39,876 nucleotides of DNA from an uncultured Planctomycetia bacterium. GTDB taxonomy: Bacteria > Omnitrophota > Gorgyraeia > Gorgyraeales > Gorgyraeaceae. The position numbers were made by a program, and so were the translations under genes. Location: assembly GCA_964511955.1 (NCBI GenBank), contig CAZEGO010000001.1, forward strand, positions 1-39,876, given 5' to 3'. This document shows positions 32,242 through 39,876 of this stretch, piece by piece (within the stretch, counting starts at the first letter, position 1; each line of letters opens with the position of its first letter). The notes under the pieces were generated by a model. The model worked only from the letters and a program-made list of their open reading frames with translations, searched no databases and was not told where the DNA came from.

Positions 32242-33294
32242 TCAATTCTCAAAAAGTTTTTTATATTCCCCGTATCCCTCTTTTTCCAGGTTTTCCTTCG
32301 GGATAAAACGAAGAGCGGCTGAGTTTATGCAATAACGTTGCCCGGCAGGTCCCGGACCGTCGTCAAAGACATGTCCGAGATGCGAGTCGCCGTGCCTACT
32401 CCTCACTTCTGTCCTTACCGAGACGAGGCTCCTGTCCTCTCTCTCGACTATATTATCAGTCTCTAGCGGTTTTGTAAAGCTCGGCCAGCCCGTACCCGAC
32501 TCGAACTTGGAATGCGAGCTGAAAAGAGGCTCTCCCGAGATGACGTCCACGTAAATACCTTCCCGTTTGTTGTCCCAGTACTCGTTCCTGAAGGGGGGCT
32601 CCGTACCGCATCGCCGGGTCACTTCATACTGTAAGGGGGTAAGTTCTTTTTTTAACATCGTTTCTTCGGGTTTTTTATATTTCTGCATATTCTTGTTTTT
32701 ATCTTTCCATTTCCCTTTTATAAATCCGGCTCTGCCCGAACCCTGTTTGTACGCATCGTATTTCACCGGGCATTTTTTATAATAATCCTGATGATAGTCC
32801 TCTGCTTTGTAAAATTCCGCGACCGGGAGTATTTGAGCGGCTATGGGTTCGCTGAATCTACCCGACGATTCCAGTGTTTTCTTCGAATCCTCCGCCAGTT
32901 TTTTCTGACGGTTATTATGATAAAAAACGGCTGTCTGATATTGAGGTCCTCTGTCCGCAAATTGCCCGCCGGGATCGGTAGGGTCTATCTGTCTCCAGAA
33001 TATATTAAGAAGCTCCTTATAGCTAACTTTGGAGGGGTCATATATGACCCTTACGGCTTCCATGTGACCGGTACCCCCGCCGGACACTTCCCGGTAAGTG
33101 GGATTTTTCTTATGCCCTCCGGTAAACCCCGCTATCGCTTCTCTTACACCTCGGGCTTCCTCGAAAGGAGCTTCCATACACCAGAAGCATCCTCCAGCAA
33201 AAGTGGCTTCCTCATTCTTCGTATCGGCTTTTGAGTTTATAGCTATCATAAGAGTTCCCGTGATTATTAAAACTTTGGTTATTTTAACAATCAT
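32242..33294 (-). CDS. msrAB: secreted bifunctional methionine sulfoxide reductase MsrA-MsrB
   Basis: Signal peptide, the MsrA active site GGCFWCME, and the MsrB C-terminus [24 protein letters not shown]. Confidence 0.9.
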   Translation of the reverse strand: MIVKITKVLIITGTLMIAINSKADTKNEEATFAGGCFWCMEAPFEEARGVREAIAGFTGGHKKNPTYREVSGGGTGHMEAVRVIYDPSKVSYKELLNIFWRQIDPTDPGGQFADRGPQYQTAVFYHNNRQKKLAEDSKKTLESSGRFSEPIAAQILPVAEFYKAEDYHQDYYKKCPVKYDAYKQGSGRAGFIKGKWKDKNKNMQKYKKPEETMLKKELTPLQYEVTRRCGTEPPFRNEYWDNKREGIYVDVISGEPLFSSHSKFESGTGWPSFTKPLETDNIVEREDRSLVSVRTEVRSRHGDSHLGHVFDDGPGPAGQRYCINSAALRFIPKENLEKEGYGEYKKLFEN

Positions 33295-33296
33295 AG

Positions 33297-34412
33297 TCAG
33301 AGACCTGATTTCAGTGTCCTGTCGGCTAAATTATCTATTTCCTTTTTCAGGCTCTCAGGCAAAGCTAATATGTCTGTGTCCACGAATCCCCGGACTATCA
33401 AAGATTGTGCTTCTTCCCTGGGAATGCCCCTGGCACATAAATACTCCACCTCTTCTTTGCTGGTCTTTCCTATGGCAGCCTCGTGTGACATATCCACATC
33501 CCTGTAGTAGGTCTCGAGTTCGGGAACGGCGTGTATCTTCCCTTTTTCGTTTACCAGAAGCCCTCTGCACTCAAGATGCGCTTTACTCCCTTTGGACTCC
33601 GATTTCAAATGCCCTCTGGCGATAATGGTTCCCCCCAGGCTGACTGCCCGTGATATAATCTCGGCCGAGGAATTTGTATCTTTAAAAATAACCCTTGATC
33701 CAATATCCTGAAAAGTATTTTCCCGCGCAACCATAAGCGAGCTGAAATGAGCTTTACAACTCTTTCCAAGAATAGCGGTCGGATACATCTTTATATTCTT
33801 TACCGGGTCAAGGCATATATAGTTAGATATAAACGTGCCGCCGTCTTTCACTATAGCCGCGCTTTTTGGTTCGACGCTCACGTCTTTTTCCCAGCTGTGT
33901 ATCATAGTGAAATTCAAATACGCTCCTTCCTCGACGAAAAACTCGGATACGCCGAGATGATACGCTTCTTCGCTTTTTTCAGCCGCGGTACAACCCGTTA
34001 TGATATGCAGACGGGAGCCGGGTTCGGCTATTATAAGGTTATGCACTCTTTGTTTAAAATTTTCTTTTTTCAGGTAAAGGCACGACTGGACCGGAAAAGC
34101 AATGTCACTGCCCTTCTTCACTCTGATAAAATATCCCCCCCTGGTATCTTTGGGATAGTCCTTTTTTGCCTCTGCAAAAGCTTTTCCATAGTAATCGCCG
34201 GCCTGAGGATATTTCCTGAGCGCGTCTTCCATCCTCATTATGTCAACGCCGTCATGGACGGACCTGTTCACCGTAAGATTGTCGTCTTCCTGGACAAACG
34301 AACCCGACCTTTTGTCCTCATTTACGTCGTAACCCACCCTCGCCAAAGACTTGATCTCTTCTTTTTTAGAATATTTATTTCCGCTCACATTTACACTCCT
34401 CGCATTTTTCAT
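33297..34412 (-). CDS. SufB/SufD-family Fe-S cluster assembly scaffold protein
   Basis: The beta-helix core region with [15 protein letters not shown]...IISRAVS...AHLECRGLL...[12 protein letters not shown] is typical of SufB/D. Overlaps the sufC 3' end by 38 nt if the ATG at 34412 is used. Confidence 0.8.
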   Translation of the reverse strand: MKNARSVNVSGNKYSKKEEIKSLARVGYDVNEDKRSGSFVQEDDNLTVNRSVHDGVDIMRMEDALRKYPQAGDYYGKAFAEAKKDYPKDTRGGYFIRVKKGSDIAFPVQSCLYLKKENFKQRVHNLIIAEPGSRLHIITGCTAAEKSEEAYHLGVSEFFVEEGAYLNFTMIHSWEKDVSVEPKSAAIVKDGGTFISNYICLDPVKNIKMYPTAILGKSCKAHFSSLMVARENTFQDIGSRVIFKDTNSSAEIISRAVSLGGTIIARGHLKSESKGSKAHLECRGLLVNEKGKIHAVPELETYYRDVDMSHEAAIGKTSKEEVEYLCARGIPREEAQSLIVRGFVDTDILALPESLKKEIDNLADRTLKSGL

Positions 34413-35100
34413 AGCCGTATTTCCTGATGTCTTCGAACACTTTACGCGGTTTATCGTAACAGCAAATGTTTTTATTCAGCAACACACACGCTCTCTCGGC
34501 AGTCAGGTGATCCAGTATGTATCCGGTATGTGTTATTATCAGAGCCGACATGGAATGCTTTTTCAAAAAAGAATTTATCACCTTACCCATGAGAGCCACG
34601 TTCTCTATGTCCACCCCTGACTCAGGCTCATCGAGCAGTAAAAGCCCCGGCTTCTGTGAAAGAACCTGAAAAAGCTCGGAACGTTTTATCTCGCCTCCCG
34701 AATAATTGACGTTTATCTCCCTATCTTTTAAATGTTCGACATTCAGCGAAGAGCCGAGTGATTTTTTGTCTGTTTCCCTGTCCCCTATAATATCCGCCAG
34801 CTGCCCTAATTTTACTCCCCGTATTTTAGGCGGGTTCTGGAAAAGCACCCCTATGCCTGCTCTCGCCCGCTGGTCGGTAGTGAGCTCCCTTAAAGATTTG
34901 CCGTTGAACATTATATCGCCCTTCTTGATATTATAACCTTCGAATCCCATTATGGCTTTAATCAGCGTGGATTTACCGGAGCCGTTCGGCCCGAAAAGCA
35001 CCAGCATATCCCCGATATTAATATCCATGTTAAAGTCCCTCAGGACCGTTTTTCCGTCTATCTCCACGGTAAGGCCTTTTATCTCAAGTATTTTTCTCAT
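34375..35100 (-). CDS. sufC: SufC-type ABC ATPase with Cys-rich C-terminal tail
   Basis: Walker A GPNGSGKST, signature YSGGEIKR, Walker B LLLLDEPESGVD. Start at MRKILEIKGL (ATGA overlap with the nrnA-like stop). The tail is [31 protein letters not shown]. Confidence 0.85.
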   Translation of the reverse strand: MRKILEIKGLTVEIDGKTVLRDFNMDINIGDMLVLFGPNGSGKSTLIKAIMGFEGYNIKKGDIMFNGKSLRELTTDQRARAGIGVLFQNPPKIRGVKLGQLADIIGDRETDKKSLGSSLNVEHLKDREINVNYSGGEIKRSELFQVLSQKPGLLLLDEPESGVDIENVALMGKVINSFLKKHSMSALIITHTGYILDHLTAERACVLLNKNICCYDKPRKVFEDIRKYGYEKCEECKCERK

Positions 35101-36062
35101 TTCCGCTCCCGTTTTATAAGTGTTTTGGCTCTGCGGATAAATTTTTCCCGCGCGCCCTGTCCTTTCGGAATAAAGCACCCCGCCGAATCAACATGGCCCC
35201 CGCCTCCGTAACTGTATGCGAGAGACGCGACGTTTATCCTTCCTTTAGATCTTATGCTCACCCTTACAGCATCTTTTCTTTTCTCCCTGAAAAGAACTGC
35301 CACTTTCACGCTCTGTATGGAAAGTATATCGTTGGCCACGGCGTCTACATCCTGATCTTTTCCGCCTATCCGTGAGAAGTCTTTCCGGGATATGACAGAC
35401 CACGCCAGTTTACCGCACTTCTCAAACCGCAGTTTCGACATGCATATGCCCGAAAGTATGGCCGCTTCCCTGGATTTGGCCCAATAAACAAGCTCGGAAA
35501 GCCTTTTAAAGTTTACTCCCGTTCTTACCATCTCGGCGCATATAGCAAAAGTCAAGGGCCTTACGGAAGGGAGCCTGAAAGAATTTGTCTCGACTATAAT
35601 TGAGGTCAAAATATTCCTGGCTATATCGGAAGTTATTGTTATCTTTAAATATTTCAACAGTCTGTATATTATCTCCCCCACCGCTCCGGCATCAACGTCT
35701 ATCAGCTGAATGTCGCCGAAAGGCCTCCTGTGATCATGATGGTCTATCTCTATCACGCATCCGGAATTCTTTATGGTTTTATAAGTTTTGCCTACCATTT
35801 CTTTTGAGTTGCAGTCAACGGTTATCGCCAGATCGGGAGCCTCAGCCATCCTTCTTTTTATTCTGCGCGCGCCCGGTAATTTCGCGTAATTAGACGGTAT
35901 CTCATCCTGGGAAACCATGTGGACATCTTTACCGGCAGAAGAGAGGGCAAGGCCCAGCGCAAGCATAGAGCCGATGCAGTCACCGTCGGGATTAATATGA
36001 CAGGTCAGCGCTATACTTTCCGATTTTTTTATTTTATCTTTTATCTTTTTGAGATTCTTCAT
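35097..36062 (-). CDS. nrnA: DHH/DHHA1 phosphoesterase (NrnA-like oligoribonuclease/pAp phosphatase)
   Basis: HINPDGDCIGS, EIDHHDH (DHH motif), and GGGGH (DHHA1). Confidence 0.8.
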   Translation of the reverse strand: MKNLKKIKDKIKKSESIALTCHINPDGDCIGSMLALGLALSSAGKDVHMVSQDEIPSNYAKLPGARRIKRRMAEAPDLAITVDCNSKEMVGKTYKTIKNSGCVIEIDHHDHRRPFGDIQLIDVDAGAVGEIIYRLLKYLKITITSDIARNILTSIIVETNSFRLPSVRPLTFAICAEMVRTGVNFKRLSELVYWAKSREAAILSGICMSKLRFEKCGKLAWSVISRKDFSRIGGKDQDVDAVANDILSIQSVKVAVLFREKRKDAVRVSIRSKGRINVASLAYSYGGGGHVDSAGCFIPKGQGAREKFIRRAKTLIKRERK

Positions 36063-36473
36063 CTAGAACTTATCGAACAGTGAAAACTTTCCGCCGCCCG
36101 TTAACATCAGAGCTATGGAAGCCATGAGAAGCATAAACGGATATTCAAAACCGCCGTTCGCGGCAAAGAAACCGTTCGGGCCGTGTATGCCGATTACCGC
36201 TACCAGCATGATAATCGATATAAGAAAAGCGCTTATTCTCGGAATTATACCCAGCACAAGCAGAATCCCTCCGAAAAATTCCGACAGCGCCACCGCCCAC
36301 GCCATTAAAGAGGGAAAAATAAACGCTTTATTCTCGAGGATACCGCTAAACCCGCCTATGCCACTCCCCCCGAACACGCCGAACACTTTCTGCGCGCCGT
36401 GAGCTATAAAGATCACGCCTACAGCGATTCTCAGTATCAAAATCGCCAGGTTTACAGCGTTACTTTTTTCCAT
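36063..36473 (-). CDS. DoxX-family membrane protein
   Basis: Four TM segments and LILRIAVGVIFIAHGAQKVFGVFGG, typical of DoxX. Confidence 0.8.
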   Translation of the reverse strand: MEKSNAVNLAILILRIAVGVIFIAHGAQKVFGVFGGSGIGGFSGILENKAFIFPSLMAWAVALSEFFGGILLVLGIIPRISAFLISIIMLVAVIGIHGPNGFFAANGGFEYPFMLLMASIALMLTGGGKFSLFDKF

Positions 36474-37453
36474 ACCCGCACCTCCTTTATAGTTTTTTCT
36501 GTCAAAATAACGGATTTATCATTCATACCCATTTTGGCGGTTAACCAGTTCACGATATCGAAATGCTTTTTAACATCAGCCTCTGTCTCGGGCGGAAATA
36601 ATTTCGCGGCATCAGCCGTAACTCCTTTTATTTCACCGAATATTGCCTCAGGCACGTCATAATGTTTCATAAGAGAAATAATCTCGGGCATGTCGGTATC
36701 GGCAGGGCGCCTGTCGGTAAAAAAAGTTACTATATATGCTTTTTCTCTTTCCGAACATCGTTCCAAAAGATATATAAGAGGCAGAGTCACGACACCTTCT
36801 CTGAAATCCTTGAATTTTTCCTTGCTCTCGTCTTCCCCGAAGTAATCAAGATAATCGTCCATTATCTGATAGCCAATACCCGCCTTAACCCCGAAACCGT
36901 AAGAATCGGCTACCGCGGCCTTGGGCACACCTCTTAACCTGGCTCCCAATCCGCACGAAAGCCCGAACAACACCCCGCTTTTTTTCTCTATAATCGAGAA
37001 GTATTCTTGTTTCGAAAGAGAGGAATTCTTCTTCTTAAAACTCTCGGTTATCTCTCCCGAGAAGACTTCCCTCAAAGCGTCCGTCATCCACCTGAAAACG
37101 GCACTGTCGTCCAGCCCGGCCGCGAGGGAAAAAGCCGCGGAAAAAAGATAATCCCCGAATAAAAGACTCCTGGATAGACCATGTTTTTTGTAAAGAGCTC
37201 TTTCTCCTCTCCTGACATCGGAATTATCCAGTATATCGTCATGTATGAGCGTGGCGGCGTGCAGCAATTCGATGGCGGTAGCTATTTTTACGGTTTCGTC
37301 GTCGGACCGTCCGGAAAAAGCAAAAACCATCCTCGCCCTTAATCTCTTGCCCTTTTCCAGTCCGGCGTCGTCGCACAAACCCGGGAAAAATTCGTTTCCC
37401 GTTTCTTTGATAAATGCTATGTTAGTATTCAGCTTATCGATTAATTCGTCCAC
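36452..37453 (-). CDS. trans-polyprenyl diphosphate synthase (long-chain, menaquinone side-chain type)
   Basis: First and second Asp-rich motifs LIHDDILDNSD and QIMDDYLDYFG. Confidence 0.85.
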   Translation of the reverse strand: MDELIDKLNTNIAFIKETGNEFFPGLCDDAGLEKGKRLRARMVFAFSGRSDDETVKIATAIELLHAATLIHDDILDNSDVRRGERALYKKHGLSRSLLFGDYLFSAAFSLAAGLDDSAVFRWMTDALREVFSGEITESFKKKNSSLSKQEYFSIIEKKSGVLFGLSCGLGARLRGVPKAAVADSYGFGVKAGIGYQIMDDYLDYFGEDESKEKFKDFREGVVTLPLIYLLERCSEREKAYIVTFFTDRRPADTDMPEIISLMKHYDVPEAIFGEIKGVTADAAKLFPPETEADVKKHFDIVNWLTAKMGMNDKSVILTEKTIKEVRVWKKVTL

Positions 37454-37456
37454 GCC

Positions 37457-38356
37457 TTACCTCAATAGTCCCACGATAATCATTATACCCACTATCGCGT
37501 GTTGAATTATTGTAAGTCTGCCGGCCCTTATAAGTCTGTTTATATCCGCCAAACCGTTCTTAAGATCAAAAAACGCTATCACACCCAACAAATAAGCGAA
37601 AATCAGATACACGTAAGAAGGCGGAAGTATACCGAATATTATGTTTAAAAAAACAGCCAAAAGCGAGAACGAAACAACTATGCCATAAAGAATGCAGGCA
37701 TTGTTAACCCCGCTTAGCGATAATAGATTTTTTTTCCCGGACGCTATGTCCGATCCATAATCCGGGATCTCGTTGCATATTATCACCGCGGCTATGAGCG
37801 AGGCTATGGGAAGCGACACCAGGAACGAACCCACGGTAAAATGTCCGCTGAAAAGATAAAAACTTCCCATGACAAGCCCGACACCGAATAAAATAAATAT
37901 ATCCAGCTCGCCAAACATCCTGTAAGAAAGCCTTAAAGGCGGCGCCGTATATTCCACGGCTAAAATACCTCCGATGACCATCATCCATAATATCAGCGGG
38001 TCCCTGGTAAGCGCGAATATCACAAGGCCGCATAAAGACGATACTGCCAATAAAAAGATCGAAAATTTCAAAATCTCACCTTCGGCGTACGTTCCTTCCT
38101 GTATAGTTCTGGATCCGCCGAAAAAAGAGCTCACTTTTTCTTTCAAGTTGTCCGCCCCGCTCTTATAATCATAATAATCGTTCAGCAGATTGGCGGATAA
38201 ATGCGCCGCTGTCACCGCCGCAAACCCGAGTATAAACCTGAAAGGATAAAAATCCTCTCCCGTCCTTACGGCGTAAAAAACGCCCGTTAAAAACGGTATA
38301 ACACTGGCAGGTAAAAAATCCGCTCTCGCGGCTTTTATAAACGGTCTTATGCTCAT
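37457..38356 (-). CDS. menA: UbiA-family prenyltransferase, MenA-like (1,4-dihydroxy-2-naphthoate polyprenyltransferase)
   Basis: NLLNDYYDYKSGAD motif and ~8-9 TM segments. Confidence 0.75.
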   Translation of the reverse strand: MSIRPFIKAARADFLPASVIPFLTGVFYAVRTGEDFYPFRFILGFAAVTAAHLSANLLNDYYDYKSGADNLKEKVSSFFGGSRTIQEGTYAEGEILKFSIFLLAVSSLCGLVIFALTRDPLILWMMVIGGILAVEYTAPPLRLSYRMFGELDIFILFGVGLVMGSFYLFSGHFTVGSFLVSLPIASLIAAVIICNEIPDYGSDIASGKKNLLSLSGVNNACILYGIVVSFSLLAVFLNIIFGILPPSYVYLIFAYLLGVIAFFDLKNGLADINRLIRAGRLTIIQHAIVGIMIIVGLLR

Positions 38357-39534
38357 TTACCTCTCATCCCCAAAATACGCGACGCCGCTATATCGGATAT
38401 TAATCCCGGGATTTTGCGGGGTTTCGACCTGTAAACACACATAGCATAATGCAATAAATAACCCAGGTGAGCGCATATCCTGCGCCCCAGCACTATTCCC
38501 GGAGCCTTACCGTAGACCAGGGGAATCAGATAACCCAAATCGCGGGGGACATATTTTTCAGTTTTTCTCCCCGACATAGAATTTATTATGTTCCGGGACG
38601 CTGTTTTCGCCTGGCCTATCGCAAACATAATAGCCATCCTGAGAGGAGCTTCGCCCTTCTCGTCCATAAACGCGGCGGTGTCGCCTGCGATAAAAACATT
38701 ATTATACTTGCTTCCCTTTATAGTAAGGTCGGGGTTCACCTTTATCCTTGTTTTCACCTTTTCGGCTTCAAAACCTTCGAGAAACGACGGAGTCCTTACT
38801 CCCGCCGACCATATACACACTGCGTTGGATATGGTCTTCCCCGAAGCCAGATAAGCGGTGTTATCCTCATAGCGCTCGAGCGACTCATTGGTCAGGACTC
38901 CTATTCCCAGTCTCTTTAACTCATCCGTGGCTATGAGTCTTATATCCTCCGGAACCATACCCAGTATGGAAGGCGCTTTTTCCACGACCGTAAAACTGCA
39001 ATCCACATTATAATGTTTCAACAGAAAATGCGCGTTAAGCGCGGCTTCCAGCCCGGTATATCCGCCGCCTACTACCACCACTTCCCAAAGTCTCGCGGTC
39101 TTTGCCCTGCTTATGAGATCGGACTTTATCCTCAGAGAATCCTCCACCGAGTTAAGCGTGAGACAATTTTCGCGGACGTTTTTATTGCCGAAGAAGTTAG
39201 GCTCGGAACCGGTAGCAAGTATAAGATAGTCATATTTCAAAATATTACGGTCCACTTTTATCATGTTTTTAGAAGGGTCTATCTCCTGTATGTTGCCTTT
39301 TACGAATCGCTGTTTTTTTCCCCGCGCGTAATCTCGTAAGTCGATGCGCGCGTTTCGGGGATACAGCCATCCGGCCAAGACATCCGGGGCTATGGGAAGA
39401 AAATCAAAGCTGTCTTTTTTGTCCACAAGAGTGATTTCGCTATCCTCGAACAGTCTGTTCGTGCGCTTTGTCAGATAATCAAAAGCGGTAAGTCCCGCAA
39501 ATCCTCCACCGGCTATAATAATCTTTTTACCCAT
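38353..39534 (-). CDS. ndh: type II NADH:quinone oxidoreductase (NDH-2)-like FAD-dependent oxidoreductase
   Basis: Two dinucleotide folds (KIIIAGGGFAGL; VVVVGGGYTGLE) and IFIAGD. ATGA overlap with the menA-like gene. Confidence 0.8.
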   Translation of the reverse strand: MGKKIIIAGGGFAGLTAFDYLTKRTNRLFEDSEITLVDKKDSFDFLPIAPDVLAGWLYPRNARIDLRDYARGKKQRFVKGNIQEIDPSKNMIKVDRNILKYDYLILATGSEPNFFGNKNVRENCLTLNSVEDSLRIKSDLISRAKTARLWEVVVVGGGYTGLEAALNAHFLLKHYNVDCSFTVVEKAPSILGMVPEDIRLIATDELKRLGIGVLTNESLERYEDNTAYLASGKTISNAVCIWSAGVRTPSFLEGFEAEKVKTRIKVNPDLTIKGSKYNNVFIAGDTAAFMDEKGEAPLRMAIMFAIGQAKTASRNIINSMSGRKTEKYVPRDLGYLIPLVYGKAPGIVLGRRICAHLGYLLHYAMCVYRSKPRKIPGLISDIAASRILGMRGK

Positions 39535-39543
39535 ATAATACCT

Positions 39544-39810
39544 TTACTCGTTAACTATCTTACCTTCGTCATCGTGCTCGTTATAATACATGACTGCTAC
39601 ATCCGCGCCCTCTTTAGCGAAAAACACGGCCACTGCCCTGCCTGTGCCACTGTCCCCGCCGGTTATGACGGCTTTCTTGCCTTTCTGTTTACCGTTCCCT
39701 TTATACCATTCCCCCTTATATAGAGGCCAAGGGCGCATATCCTTTTCCAGTCCGGGTTGTTTCTCCTGGTGTTGTGGCGGAAATTCTTGATCGGATCTTT
39801 TCTGCGTCAT
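39544..39810 (-). pseudogene. 5' fragment of a YghA/YhxC-type short-chain dehydrogenase (truncated after ~88 codons)
   Basis: QPGLEKDMRPWPLYKGEWYKGNGKQKGKKAVITGGDSGTGRAVAVFFAKEGADVAVMYYNEHDDEGK matches only the N-terminal third of this ~290-aa SDR family (TGGxSGIG loop only). The catalytic YxxxK region is absent. A stop follows 9 nt before the ndh start. Confidence 0.7.
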
Positions 39811-39876
39811 CCCTGTTGCCTTCCCTGTTTTATATTTTTAATAAGATTCTTATATTTAACATGAATCATATTCTTA

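Noticed and set aside
1-39876. Search for tRNA, rRNA, CRISPR repeats, transposases, integrases, phage genes, toxin-antitoxin pairs and defence systems
   Set aside because: Nothing was found. There were no regularly spaced direct repeats and no T-loop (GGTTCGAAT-like) sequences in the intergenic spacers. No DDE, tyrosine or serine recombinase motifs appeared, and no nuclease/ATPase defence-type ORFs.

Overview
About 40 kb of bacterial chromosome. I recognised no phage, plasmid, IS, integrase, rRNA, tRNA or CRISPR hallmarks. Every credible gene (about 46) is on the minus strand, and genes are tightly packed with many overlapping stop/start junctions (ATGA, TAATG). All plus-strand ORFs in the track look like shadow frames.

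In the direction of transcription (high to low coordinates) the window contains:
- a truncated SDR fragment;
- a quinone/respiratory group (NDH-2, MenA-type prenyltransferase, polyprenyl diphosphate synthase, DoxX);
- NrnA-like DHH phosphoesterase, SufC plus SufB/D, secreted MsrAB, BI-1/YccA, a YHS-permease, an Fcy1-type cytosine deaminase, DUF503 and citrate synthase;
- a heat-shock block (MerR/HspR-like regulator, CIRCE-like operator, two Hsp20, ClpB, J-protein);
- a six-BON protein, a membrane-anchored Hsp20 interrupted exactly at an A_AAA_AAG heptamer, an orphan receiver and a PRC-barrel protein;
- a translationally coupled DUF502 / (alpha/alpha)6-glycosidase-like / GT4 / L-LDH string;
- GNAT, polysaccharide deacetylase, CarD-like regulator, a lipoprotein, FKBP PPIase and MscL;
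- an ECF sigma / anti-sigma / Spy-CpxP-like module with two near-identical ECF-type promoters, then a Gly-zipper lipoprotein;
- a 1506-aa single ORF fusing an RND permease to a TolC-like outer-membrane factor;
- a Fur-family gene with a consensus promoter and two copies of a 25-nt operator-like motif, followed by a DUF5320 / 2x NifX-fold / 2x ferredoxin-inserted MinD ATPase / SAM-methyltransferase operon (orp-like, function unresolved).

A family of GTCCCACACC(C)GGTGTGGGAC palindromes, including a perfect 66-bp palindrome, sits only in intergenic spacers.

All calls rest on reading the sequence and ORF translations by eye. No database search, folding or alignment program was run. Family assignments are motif-level recognitions, and start codons are judged from RBS context.
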